From the IMG/VR virus record IMGVR_UViG_3300045988_138000: a stretch of DNA of 64,000 nucleotides; one strand, written 5' to 3'. The notes under the pieces are model-generated. The model was given only the letters and a program-made list of their open reading frames with translations, was not told the DNA's origin and searched no databases. A program made the translations under genes and the position numbers. This DNA comes from a virus. Positions 53,918-63,488 of the stretch are shown piece after piece; within the stretch, counting starts at the first letter, position 1, and each line of letters starts with the position of its first letter.

Positions 53918-56731
53918 TTACAAGGCATAGACGGTCAGTTCTACCTCTCCAATGCCTTCCTTGGCCGTGATAGTTGTATTCACCTTGTCGATAAGACATT
54001 TCACACCTCCGATGTTCCACCACGTCTTCCAGTGGTTAGGTATGTCGGCTATCTGTGCGACAGAAGCCGAACAGCGGATGATGTACTTCTTGCGGTTAAG
54101 CAGGAAATAGGCGTAGGGCAGAATGAAGGTATCGAAAAGACCGCGTGAGCGTATCTTGGTTATCACATTGCCGTTAGTGTCCACCTCGTCGGGGGCGCAG
54201 AGTGAAACATCCTTATATTCAGGCTTACTGAGCCATGACGGCTCTTTGAAAGCACGTATCTTGAGCGAGAAACGTTCACCTTTGCCTCTGCCTTCCTGAA
54301 TACCATTATAGTCGAAGACATTGCCCATCATGTCAATAGAGTCGCAAGCAAGAGCATATTCGCCTGCTGCCGTGCGCCACTTGGAAGTACCGAAGTGGTC
54401 GTAGTTATAGTCATAGGGCTCTGTAGTTGCATTCGTACCGCCGCCTCGCATCATGGCCAAGGCAAAGCCCCATCGTGAATCGTCTTGAAGAGGCGAGTTG
54501 CCGTCTTCGGTGTTTGACGGGTCGTAGCTCTCGACGAGTTTCAACGACTGCTGCATATAGAAGTCGCAGAAAGGCGAGGAGATGGTCTGGTTGATGATTT
54601 GCTCGACAAACTCATGCTCCATGTCCTCATCGACATAGGCGCAGAGGATAGGCTGTCCTTCCTTGATAACGACACCATAGGTTGTTGTCTTTGAATCGTC
54701 ATAGTACTTTGCCGTATGAGAGCCGTAAGCAGCCTCTATCTCCTTGAAATAGTTGACATCATTGAACGGCACGGGGGTGAAGTCGATGGTGATGTCGTGG
54801 ATGAAGTCTTCATTCTCCTCGCTGCAATCGCCATACTCCACACCCTTGTACTGGCCTACCTCGAAAAGCACAGGCTTGAGGTCGGCTGTAGTAGTGGCGT
54901 CGCCATTCACCTTCACGCGATAGGCATTGCCCGTCTTCGGGTCGATGTAGCATCTTTTATCGCCAGAACTTAAATTATGAAAGAAGTCAACGTAATCTCG
55001 ATCGTAAACCGTTTCGTTGTCTCCACTTCCCGGTTCGGGATAGTCGATATAGTCGTAGTCGGTAGCATAGCCCATATTTTTATTCTTGCGGCTGTCCTTG
55101 ACGTTCTGCTGCTGATCCTTGGCATCGCTCTCTTCGGAGTATCGCATACGTACACCCGTTATCTTCTCGCTGACGGGAATGATAGAATGAACGTCTGCGC
55201 GAAACGTGCGTGCTGGCTGTCCACTCTCGCGAAGCACGTCACGGATGAGGTAGGCCGTGACTTTCTTTTGCTCATAGTCGTAGGAAAACTTGATGCCGAA
55301 GGCGCTCTCCAAGGATGAGATAATCGTGCTGACACTCTCATCGGGGAAGTTGTCGCTGTTGGCCACCATATAGAGCACGTTGGCCTGCACGTTGAACTTA
55401 GAGATTTGCGCCTCGATGCTGATACCTGTCACCTTTCCGCCCTCTTTTGTCGTCTCTCCCACCTGTATGTGTTCGGAAGTTCCTTCGTTAGTGGTAAGGG
55501 TGAGCTCGTTGACCGTCTTGTCCTCTGCCTTTACGATGTTGATTTTTCCACCACAACCGCGCGACTCCAACCAGGAGTTGATATGATCTTGCTTCTTGAA
55601 ATATCCTTCCTTAATCTCGCCTGCCTTCTTTTTCTTGGCGATGACTTCGGGGTCTTTATCCTCATAGTATGTTCCGTGATGTGGATGCTCTTTGGTGTCG
55701 TAGGCGCAAACGGTGGTGAAGAAACAGAGGTGCTTCATATCCTCTATCTGCATCAGTGCCGACTTGTCGAAGGTGACACCCAGGTGAGCAAACAGGCAGT
55801 CGAGAAAATAGAGTACATAGAAACAGATGCCCGACTGCGGACGGCGTGCGTCCAACACCCAATAGGGATAAAGATCCTCGTTGGTCCACTTGCAGTCCTT
55901 CGTGCTGATAACGTCGCTCGATGTGGTGCCATCGTCAGCAAGTCCGTGGTGCTTGTAGCAGATACGGGCGTTGCAATAAGCTGCCGGACGGCCTGCGCCA
56001 TCTGTCTCGCCATAGGCTGCCGACGTGTTGATATAGTCGCCATTCTTGGCGATGGCGGGCTCGTTGACTGTATTTCCGTTGGGGTAGGCTCGTGACGACT
56101 TTCTCTTAGCGTCGGCCTTCATGTGTAAAGGATAAAGGATATTGGTGGTGTACTCCTGGCACGATGCAGGATAGGAGAAGCCAAGAGCCTGCGGTTCGAG
56201 CACTTTACTTACACTTACGTGCTCGGCATGAATGGTTCGGGTGACAGTCTCATCATCCTTATGCTTTCCTCCCTCCACAAACACACTGACATTTACAACA
56301 GGGTCGCTCTCGATGTCTACCCTTACGTTGCCTATCTTCTCGCCGATGATCAGTTCATCCTTGATGGGGATGTCACGACAGTTGAGCGAACCGATGAGGT
56401 CGCTGAAACTCTGTCTGCCTGCATTAATACTCATAGAGAGCGAGTCTTTTATCTCTTCAGCATCCTGCATGACGAGCGTACCGTTGCGGAAGGGCAGTCC
56501 GTCGGCATGAATGCGCGTAGGCAAATGCTCCATATTGACAGCACGAAACGATGCCCGCACGTCATCGATGTTCTTTACCAGCCATCGGTTGCCGTCGAGC
56601 GGAATGGAAAACGGATAGGCGAACATCTCGTTATCATTGAACACAGGGTTCTGGTCCTCTATATCGATAGAGAAATCATCGGGCAGCGACACAGGTCGGT
56701 CGTTGATAAGTATGGTGAGATGTGAGTTCAT
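53918..56731 (-). CDS. large virion (baseplate/tail-like) protein
   Basis: 937-aa ORF, translationally coupled (ATGA) to 56728..57396. The function is inferred from size and context only. Confidence 0.7.
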   Translation of the reverse strand: MNSHLTILINDRPVSLPDDFSIDIEDQNPVFNDNEMFAYPFSIPLDGNRWLVKNIDDVRASFRAVNMEHLPTRIHADGLPFRNGTLVMQDAEEIKDSLSMSINAGRQSFSDLIGSLNCRDIPIKDELIIGEKIGNVRVDIESDPVVNVSVFVEGGKHKDDETVTRTIHAEHVSVSKVLEPQALGFSYPASCQEYTTNILYPLHMKADAKRKSSRAYPNGNTVNEPAIAKNGDYINTSAAYGETDGAGRPAAYCNARICYKHHGLADDGTTSSDVISTKDCKWTNEDLYPYWVLDARRPQSGICFYVLYFLDCLFAHLGVTFDKSALMQIEDMKHLCFFTTVCAYDTKEHPHHGTYYEDKDPEVIAKKKKAGEIKEGYFKKQDHINSWLESRGCGGKINIVKAEDKTVNELTLTTNEGTSEHIQVGETTKEGGKVTGISIEAQISKFNVQANVLYMVANSDNFPDESVSTIISSLESAFGIKFSYDYEQKKVTAYLIRDVLRESGQPARTFRADVHSIIPVSEKITGVRMRYSEESDAKDQQQNVKDSRKNKNMGYATDYDYIDYPEPGSGDNETVYDRDYVDFFHNLSSGDKRCYIDPKTGNAYRVKVNGDATTTADLKPVLFEVGQYKGVEYGDCSEENEDFIHDITIDFTPVPFNDVNYFKEIEAAYGSHTAKYYDDSKTTTYGVVIKEGQPILCAYVDEDMEHEFVEQIINQTISSPFCDFYMQQSLKLVESYDPSNTEDGNSPLQDDSRWGFALAMMRGGGTNATTEPYDYNYDHFGTSKWRTAAGEYALACDSIDMMGNVFDYNGIQEGRGKGERFSLKIRAFKEPSWLSKPEYKDVSLCAPDEVDTNGNVITKIRSRGLFDTFILPYAYFLLNRKKYIIRCSASVAQIADIPNHWKTWWNIGGVKCLIDKVNTTITAKEGIGEVELTVYAL

Positions 56732-57396
56732 TGTTTCTTGATATTTACTTGAGCGTTGTCGTATATAGAGATAAACTGACGGGTGAAGGAGTTGACGACG
56801 GCATTACCGAAAGCGTAGACAGCTCTGTGGCCATGGTCGGTGAGTGTGCCTGCCGTAATGTTGACCACCGACATGTCATAACACTCGGCAGAGACATTGG
56901 TGGTCAGTCGGGACTGGTTGCGTGCAACGGCGTGACCTTCCTTGACGGTGGCACGTGAGAAGTCGCGCAACTCTACATGGCAGTCGGGATTCATAACCAG
57001 GGCAGAGGCGATGTTGTGCAGCACGACACGGGCGTTGCCCAGGATATAGGCCGTGTGGGCATGATAGAGGTGGATGGTCTCTGTGCTGTCGCCGATGAGC
57101 ACGTTGCCCGTAGGCGAGTCCTCATTATAGAAAATGCCGGCAGCATTGATCTCGCTCTTATAGTCAGGATAGAAGTCACGAAAAGCTGCCATGACCTGTT
57201 GTGGCACTTCGGTTATCATGCCGTGCCAATATTTGTGCCAGGCAGCGCACATCTGCTGTATGCTCTCCGTGCCACGGAAGGCAAGTTGCGACTCCTGGCA
57301 GTTGCCGCTCTGGGCAAGGATGGCGATACACAATGCCTTGAACTTTTCGGACTTCTCCATATTCTGACTCTTCTCTATTATCGAATTTCCAGTCAT
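56728..57396 (-). CDS. hypothetical virion-module protein
   Basis: 222-aa ORF. Confidence 0.65.
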   Translation of the reverse strand: MTGNSIIEKSQNMEKSEKFKALCIAILAQSGNCQESQLAFRGTESIQQMCAAWHKYWHGMITEVPQQVMAAFRDFYPDYKSEINAAGIFYNEDSPTGNVLIGDSTETIHLYHAHTAYILGNARVVLHNIASALVMNPDCHVELRDFSRATVKEGHAVARNQSRLTTNVSAECYDMSVVNITAGTLTDHGHRAVYAFGNAVVNSFTRQFISIYDNAQVNIKKQ

Positions 57397-57433
57397 TTCT
57401 GACTAAAATAAGCACTAAAAACAAAACGACATC

Positions 57434-58510
57434 TTAGACTCCCGCTTCGGCGATGGTCTTGGTAAGGATGGCCTCGTAGCCAGTGAGTTCGTCCTCGGTT
57501 ACGATGTCGGCATACTCCTGGCGCAAACGGTCGATACGCTCCTTCAGTCCATTTACTCTTGCCTTGGTACTGGGCTTGTCCTTTCGGATGATATACTTGA
57601 TGATGGCATCGGCTTCGGCCTTGTGCTTGGCTGCCTTGTCGCGTGCGGCTTTCACCTCTGGGCGGTCGGCAGCGATTTTCTCTGCTATGATGACGGCAAA
57701 ACGAGGGTCGCGCTCTTGTGCTTTCTCATAGAAGGGCTTGAGCTGGGTACGCAGTTCCTGTGGCGACAAACTGAAAGTCTTTTCCACATAAGCGATGTAT
57801 TCAGGGTCGCCATTGCGCTGATTCAATCGGAGATAGACTTCGCCCATTTCACGGTCCACTGCCATGTAAATATCGGGCAGGATTTGGCTCTCTATCTCTG
57901 TTGCGCGGGTTGCGAGCAGCGCTATCTCGGCTTCAGTGTAGAGGATGCCCTTGTTCTGCTGTTGTGATTTCTCGTTGGCTTCTGCCATCGTCTTGGCTTG
58001 CTCGGCCTTGCTTGCCATCTCGTTGCGGAGGTCACGCACGGTATTGACGCGCTGTTGAAGGGCAGGACTGAGGAAGGGACGTATCTGTGCGAGGTTGGGC
58101 ATGGTGGCGGCGATGCTCTCGCCGTTGGGATTGGCCACGATGCCGCCGTAGGTGAGTGGCTGTACGGCCACGTTGGGCTTTATCTCGGGGAAGAGCGACT
58201 GGCGGGCTTCGTCGAGGGCTTTCTGCTTCTGCTGTTCGTTGTATCGTTCCTGCTCCTCCTTGGTGGGTCGGCCCACGTGGCGCTTGGCTTCGGCAGCCTC
58301 TGGGATAGGGATAATCTGCAGGCTGGTGATCAACTGGCGCACACGGCGGTGGTAGTCACGAAAACGATGTGAGTCGCGCACGAAAGCCTGTGCACTGGGC
58401 ACGCTTTCGAGCAGTGTCAGTCCCTGCTCGAAGGCTTCTTTCTGTTCGGCTGTCAGCATTCGGGTGTTGAGTGCCGGCGTGAGTATCTGGATGATTTGCT
58501 CTTTGTTCAT
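57434..58510 (-). CDS. hypothetical helical, charged protein (scaffold-like composition)
   Basis: 358-aa ORF rich in Ala, Glu, Lys, Gln and Arg. Confidence 0.65.
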   Translation of the reverse strand: MNKEQIIQILTPALNTRMLTAEQKEAFEQGLTLLESVPSAQAFVRDSHRFRDYHRRVRQLITSLQIIPIPEAAEAKRHVGRPTKEEQERYNEQQKQKALDEARQSLFPEIKPNVAVQPLTYGGIVANPNGESIAATMPNLAQIRPFLSPALQQRVNTVRDLRNEMASKAEQAKTMAEANEKSQQQNKGILYTEAEIALLATRATEIESQILPDIYMAVDREMGEVYLRLNQRNGDPEYIAYVEKTFSLSPQELRTQLKPFYEKAQERDPRFAVIIAEKIAADRPEVKAARDKAAKHKAEADAIIKYIIRKDKPSTKARVNGLKERIDRLRQEYADIVTEDELTGYEAILTKTIAEAGV

Positions 58511-58540
58511 ATTGTTGTGTCTTTTATTGTTGTCGGGGTT

Positions 58541-59596
58541 TTAGAACATGAGTGGTGTGACGAATATCTTGCCGCCCTCCTGGTTGTTCTCGTAGCCGCC
58601 GGATTTGTCTGCAGCGGATGATGAGGGAGCGGTGGTGGAAGTGGAGGAGGACGCGGTGGTGTCGGCGGCTTCCTGAGCCTGCTTCTCGGCCTTGAGGAGG
58701 CGATAGACGGAATCACGGAGCGAGATGGATTCGTTGTGCGCCAACAGACGGGTAGCCTTGTCGAAGGCGATGACGGTGGTTCGCTCCACGAGGTAGGCGG
58801 TCATCAGGCGGCGCACCTTGCGGAGGAGTTTGTCGCGGTCGTCGGCGTGCTGAAGACGGTCGATGAGCTCGTCGCCGAACACGTCGGCTATGTATTCGTC
58901 CTGTACGTAGCGGAGGTCGGGCAGCAGACGGATGAACTTGTCGCGGTTGTCGTAAACGTCGAGGTACTGCTGCAGGATGCTGCACGTGGGGATGAGGAGG
59001 TCGTGGTGCAGATAGTAGTACTTGCTCTCCTGCCACAACAGCACTATCTCCTCGATGGCTGTGTGTACTTCGGTACTTTCGTCTTTTGGTACTTCGGTAC
59101 TTGCGCTGCCGTCTTTCGGGGCGGTTGCTTCGGCTGGTGTGTTGATGCTGACGGCCCAGTTTTCGAGAAGTATGAGGAGGTTGTTGAGCGACACCATGGC
59201 CTCCTTTTTATATCCAGCCACTCCCTTGTCGAGGAGCTTTTCTGTAGCGGGGTCGTAGTCGGTAGAGGAGGCGATGTTGACGCCTGCGCCGTTGACCGAA
59301 AGGATTTGCTGGTAGGCGTATCGCGCCATGGCATCGTTGACCACCATACGCTGTGCGAGGTCAAGGAGGACGCTCCATGGTTTCTTGGCATAGGAGCCGT
59401 CGGTCTTCTGCTGATAGAAGCCGTCGCCGCCCAGGGTGGTGTAGTATTCGCAGAGCCGTGTGTAGAGCGGCTTGCCCAACTTGTCCTGCAGGAAGTCCTT
59501 CTCGCTGTTGTCGAGCACGCCCTGCAGGTTGGCTATCTCGTCCACGGCATTGCTGGGCAGGATAAGCCGGAGTTCTTGATTGGTGGAAAGTATCAT
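58541..59596 (-). CDS. hypothetical virion-module protein
   Basis: 351-aa ORF with a Ser/Thr-rich C-terminal tail. The long antisense ORF 58736..59866 was judged spurious. Confidence 0.65.
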   Translation of the reverse strand: MILSTNQELRLILPSNAVDEIANLQGVLDNSEKDFLQDKLGKPLYTRLCEYYTTLGGDGFYQQKTDGSYAKKPWSVLLDLAQRMVVNDAMARYAYQQILSVNGAGVNIASSTDYDPATEKLLDKGVAGYKKEAMVSLNNLLILLENWAVSINTPAEATAPKDGSASTEVPKDESTEVHTAIEEIVLLWQESKYYYLHHDLLIPTCSILQQYLDVYDNRDKFIRLLPDLRYVQDEYIADVFGDELIDRLQHADDRDKLLRKVRRLMTAYLVERTTVIAFDKATRLLAHNESISLRDSVYRLLKAEKQAQEAADTTASSSTSTTAPSSSAADKSGGYENNQEGGKIFVTPLMF

Positions 59597-59662
59597 GATG
59601 TGTTGTGCTGTTATGTGCTGGGTGAAAAAAGATGTTATTGTCAGGCGAAAGTCAGGGGAGGG

Positions 59663-61459
59663 TTACTCCTGTCCCTGCTTCGTGACGCCTGTCTTCGAGT
59701 TGTCGAGGGTGGTAAGCACCTCACGGTCTATCTGCCATTCGAGGTGTGGGTCCCATTCATTGATTTCGTCGGTTACCTCCAAGGAGCGGAGCATGAGCTG
59801 CTGCAATGGGGCAAACTGTATCTGCTTGACGAGGAAACGCTCGCGGAGGTCAGTGCCGCCCGATGAGGTTGCGTCGCCTGGGGTGTTGCCGATGAGCTTG
59901 GAGTCGAGACCCATAGCGAAGAAGATGATGCTTGTGATTTCCTGCAGCTCGGTCTTCTCGGCTTGCGCTTGCGAGTTGGCCTTGCTCTCTATCTCCACAA
60001 TTTCCCAAGCCTTGTGCTCCTTGCCGTCGGTGCCGTTGAACACGGCAGAGATGAGCGCCTGACCCGCATTGTCGGGATTGGAGAGCCACGTGTTGATGTC
60101 GTTGAACACCTCCTGCTGAAGCTGCGCCATGGTCTTGGTCTTCTTGTCGCCCTGCTGGGTGTAAAGGTTCTTGAGATATTCCTGGTGAATGTAGATGACG
60201 CGACCGATGATGTTGGAGTTGCGCTTACGGGTGAGTCGGTCGTCGACGATGGTGAAGGCATACTCGTAGATGCTTCCGGCAAAGATGCTGTGCCAAAGGG
60301 CATCGGCATAGTAGGGACCGCCGTAGTCGCGTGGCGACATGATGAAACGGGTGGGGCGGTCCTTGCGGCTTACCCGCTGCTGACGGGCACGGCGCACGGC
60401 GGCCTGGAGGTCTTTCACTGCCGACACGGCGGGAAGATAGGGCACGGCGGCGATGCTCTTGTCGAGGTCGGCAAACTGAGCGGTGCGGTCTTGCGTGGGG
60501 TCGAGCCACTGGTTCGACAAGTAGGCATAGTTGATGCGATAGTTGGTGTCCTGTCGCTCCAGTCGGGTGGTGAAGATGCTGCGGTGTTTCAGTCCCACTA
60601 CCTTGGGTGTCCACTGGCTTGTGGGTACCGGCTTGCCCTCGTCGGAGAGTTGTCGCTGGTTGAGTTGCAACTCGACGAAGCACTGCGACATGAGCGCCAT
60701 GTCGCCCGCCATGTTGAGGAAGGTCTGCATCAGGTCGTTGTCCTTCATGAATTTCTGCACCTCGCGGTTGGTCTGTTCCCACTTGGCGAGGGCATCCTTC
60801 AGGGCTTTCATCTCGTCGCTGTCCTTGGGCTGCTGACTTTCAGACTGCTGGCTGACGGAATGCAGAGGGTCGTCGGGGTCGCCGCTGATGCCGTTCTGCT
60901 GTTGCTCCTGAAGGTCGGCTTTCTCCTGTGCCTTGAGGTCGGCTATCTGTCCGCGGAGCAGTGTGCCAGCCGATGCGTATGGGATGTATTTCTCGGTGAT
61001 GTTGCCGCCTACGTACTGGGTGTAGTGGTACTTGGGCGAGGGTCCGTGGCCTACGAGTATCTTCTTGATGAAGTCGACACCGGCTGCGGTGAAGGGCGAC
61101 ATTCGTGAGAGAATCCAGACGAGGTTGGGCAGTCGGTTGCCCACGCCCCATTCCATGTAGCCCAGTCCGGGTGTTCCCACGCCGTTGGGCTTGGCCTTGT
61201 TCTCGCCGCCGCTGGAGGCGAAGATGGTGGAAATCTGTCGTCGGGCTCCCGATGAGGTGGACGAGCTGCCCTGCGCTGTCATGCCGGCTGTCTCGAAGAG
61301 CATGGAGCGGACGTAATCGTTCCATGAGAATACTTGAGCGCCGCTGTTGGGATTGATGAAAGCAGAGGGCGACACGGCCACATATCCATTTTGCTTCAGC
61401 TCCTCACTACGATCTTGGAACTGCTGTAAGTTGGTAACTCTGTTCTTGTTGCGTGACAT
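59663..61459 (-). CDS. large virion-module protein (possible portal; unverified)
   Basis: 598 aa and the first gene after a strong promoter-like block. The portal call rests on size and position only. Confidence 0.6.
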   Translation of the reverse strand: MSRNKNRVTNLQQFQDRSEELKQNGYVAVSPSAFINPNSGAQVFSWNDYVRSMLFETAGMTAQGSSSTSSGARRQISTIFASSGGENKAKPNGVGTPGLGYMEWGVGNRLPNLVWILSRMSPFTAAGVDFIKKILVGHGPSPKYHYTQYVGGNITEKYIPYASAGTLLRGQIADLKAQEKADLQEQQQNGISGDPDDPLHSVSQQSESQQPKDSDEMKALKDALAKWEQTNREVQKFMKDNDLMQTFLNMAGDMALMSQCFVELQLNQRQLSDEGKPVPTSQWTPKVVGLKHRSIFTTRLERQDTNYRINYAYLSNQWLDPTQDRTAQFADLDKSIAAVPYLPAVSAVKDLQAAVRRARQQRVSRKDRPTRFIMSPRDYGGPYYADALWHSIFAGSIYEYAFTIVDDRLTRKRNSNIIGRVIYIHQEYLKNLYTQQGDKKTKTMAQLQQEVFNDINTWLSNPDNAGQALISAVFNGTDGKEHKAWEIVEIESKANSQAQAEKTELQEITSIIFFAMGLDSKLIGNTPGDATSSGGTDLRERFLVKQIQFAPLQQLMLRSLEVTDEINEWDPHLEWQIDREVLTTLDNSKTGVTKQGQE

Positions 61460-61500
61460 ATTCTGTTATCCTTTTTTAGAGGGGTTAATATATGTTGTTG

Positions 61501-61597
61501 TTGCTTTTTTCGACTACAAAAGTAGGGAGAATTATTTTAATGGTACGGACATGAGTCAGAATAGCGAGAGCTGCACGGCTCGGTTGCCTCTTTCGGC
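61501..61597. repeat. ~97-bp direct repeat, copy 1 (promoter block plus a remnant of the Dam-like gene 3' end)
   Basis: About 80 percent identical by eye to 63391-63488. Contains the minus-strand -7 box TACTTTTG (61517-61524). Confidence 0.8.
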
Positions 61598-61817
61598 GTA
61601 CCGCGTCTGAGCGAAAAAACTGCGGTCCCGTCGGTTCTCCCTTCCCTTTTCCGCCCACTTCATAGAATTGGAAAGTTCGAGAGTGTTGGTAGTCTTCGGG
61701 AATGGAGCCGTGCGAGCCGCAGTTAATCTAACAATATGTTTCACGTTTTTGCATTATGGCCTATATCAAAATGTATTCGGGGTGTCGTGTTGCGTCCGCC
61801 TACATATCGTAGTCGTA

Positions 61818-62636
61818 CTATCGTTTGATATTCCACATGTGCTCTGCCGGACCAACGAGCACGTCTATGTTTGCGCCCTGCTTCAGAGCCACCGTTTCCA
61901 CCCATTTAAGCTGAATAAACTGCTGCGGGCTAAGATTCATCTCGCTCATATACGCCTTATCTGCCACAGCCTTTTGGCGCTCGGCCTTCTCGCGAGCCAC
62001 CTGAACCTCATACTCACGTTCCTGTGTCTGCTTGGCCTGTACCATCTTTGCCGTGCGGTTCATTTCGGCAAGCTGTTCCTTGTTGGGTGTAGCCTTGCCG
62101 ATGATAACGTCCTTGATGATGACGGGCATCGGCTTGTGCTTGGAGAGGGTAGCCACGTAATCCTGCATCTGCTTCAGAATCTTCTTGTCGATGGTGCTCA
62201 ATACCTGACGGTTGGACATCAAATCAAACGGACTATACTGTGAGATATGGTCTCTGACAAGATTGCAGAAATAGTTGTAGAGGTTGGTGTCAAACCAGTC
62301 GCGTCCATAGTTCTGCAACAGCACGGGCGACTTGCCTTGCTCCACCTGAGTGACTATGACAGAATGGAAGTCGAGCGGCGTGTTGTCGTCGGAGAAGATG
62401 TCGTCAAGAACAACCTCGTGACGTACAGGCACTATCTTGAATGTTTCTGCATGAGTACTCAGGGCACACCATGTCAGGCCACTCTGTACTGGGTCGTTGT
62501 CAACACCTCCGTGTCCGAAGAACCAAGGTTTCTTTACCAACACGGTTTCCTCGTCGGCATCGGGCGACACAAAACAGCACGAGGATAACATCACTACTGC
62601 GACAAGCGCAAAAAGAATTGAAAATAATTTTCTCAT
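61818..62636 (-). CDS. SPFH/band-7 (prohibitin-like) lipoprotein
   Basis: Start moved to MRKLFSILFALVAVVMLSSC (lipobox). The body and the C-terminal Glu/Lys/Ala coiled coil (QTQEREYEVQVAREKAERQKAVADKA) fit the SPFH architecture. Confidence 0.6.
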   Translation of the reverse strand: MRKLFSILFALVAVVMLSSCCFVSPDADEETVLVKKPWFFGHGGVDNDPVQSGLTWCALSTHAETFKIVPVRHEVVLDDIFSDDNTPLDFHSVIVTQVEQGKSPVLLQNYGRDWFDTNLYNYFCNLVRDHISQYSPFDLMSNRQVLSTIDKKILKQMQDYVATLSKHKPMPVIIKDVIIGKATPNKEQLAEMNRTAKMVQAKQTQEREYEVQVAREKAERQKAVADKAYMSEMNLSPQQFIQLKWVETVALKQGANIDVLVGPAEHMWNIKR

Positions 62637-62706
62637 AATTGTATTTTGTTTATATTGATTCATTAAAATCCTTATATATGACTATCGTACATTGCACCCG
62701 CTGCCT

Positions 62707-63261
62707 TTACGACTCAATCTCGGGAGGGTTACCGCCAGGCTTCTGCTCGCCGCCACCCGTGGTGCCGGAGTCGCCTGTGCCGGGAGCTGCGGGAGCATCC
62801 GTTGCAGCAGCATCGCCCACTCGCTTGAACGAGCCGTGCTGTGCGAAGGCAGCGTTGAATTTCTTGGAGAAGTCGATGGCAACACCTGCGGTGAGGTCCT
62901 TTGTGGTGAGATCGGCGGCGGTAATCTCTCGGTTCACGTCAACGTCCTCGCCTGCTGCCTTACGTGCTTCGAGCTTCGCCTTGAGCTGGCTCTGAGTGAG
63001 CGAACCGCTGACGGTAGGACGTACCGTCATGCCCTCGGCAGACACCTGTACCTTGGTGCCCAGTGCCAACAGAAGCGGCAGCTTTTTCTCCAACTGCGTC
63101 ATCACGGCCATTACGTCCGCTGCGCCTACTGTAGAGTCCTGCGCCATGTAGTCGCAAAACTCAGGGAATGACATCTGCTGCAAGTCAACGATCTGTGCGC
63201 TTGCCAACTTCTCCTGTGTGAGGTGGTTCACACGAACTGCAATTCTTGTTTTAATTGCCAT
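62707..63261 (-). CDS. Bacteroidales-type HU-like DNA-binding-domain protein with Gly/Pro tail
   Basis: FPEFCDYMAQDSTVGAADVMAVMTQLEKKLPLLLALGTKVQV fits the HU-like pattern of Bacteroidales histone-like proteins. The tail is GGGEQKPGGNPPEIES. Confidence 0.55.
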   Translation of the reverse strand: MAIKTRIAVRVNHLTQEKLASAQIVDLQQMSFPEFCDYMAQDSTVGAADVMAVMTQLEKKLPLLLALGTKVQVSAEGMTVRPTVSGSLTQSQLKAKLEARKAAGEDVDVNREITAADLTTKDLTAGVAIDFSKKFNAAFAQHGSFKRVGDAAATDAPAAPGTGDSGTTGGGEQKPGGNPPEIES

Positions 63262-63332
63262 AGGTTATTTTTTGTTTGGGCGTTAATACTTTCCTCTCTA
63301 TTTTTACCCGATTCTACAAAGAGGCTTTTTGC

Positions 63333-63394
63333 AATGTGCTAACACTTTTCATCAAATGTGCTAACACTTTTCGTCAAATGTGCTAACACATTGC
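63333..63394. repeat. 2.8 copies of a 22-bp tandem repeat in the leader of 62707..63261
   Basis: aatgtgctaacacttttcRtca x2, plus a partial copy. Confidence 0.85.
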
Positions 63395-63488
63395 TTTTTT
63401 CGACTACAAATGTAGGGAGAAAATTTTGAGCGGTGCGGACATAAATTCAGAACAGCGTGAGCTGCACGGTGCGGTTGCCTCTTTCGGC
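63391..63488. repeat. ~97-bp direct repeat, copy 2
   Basis: Contains the minus-strand -7 box TACATTTG (63407-63414) and the true 3' end of the Dam-like gene. Confidence 0.8.

Noticed and set aside
58736-61108. Long plus-strand ORFs (376 aa and 381 aa) antisense to the virion genes; similar cases at 45808..46845, 17590..18327, 10238..10927, 27012..27704 and 31624..32328
   Set aside because: They are shadow ORFs opposite strongly coding minus-strand genes. Their composition is Val/Leu/Gly/Arg-rich and low-complexity, with no motifs and no independent expression signals.
61556-61744. 62-aa ORF between the SPFH gene and the 598-aa gene
   Set aside because: Only its last ~16 residues resemble the Dam-like C-terminus. 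It is best read as a remnant carried along in the 97-bp duplication.
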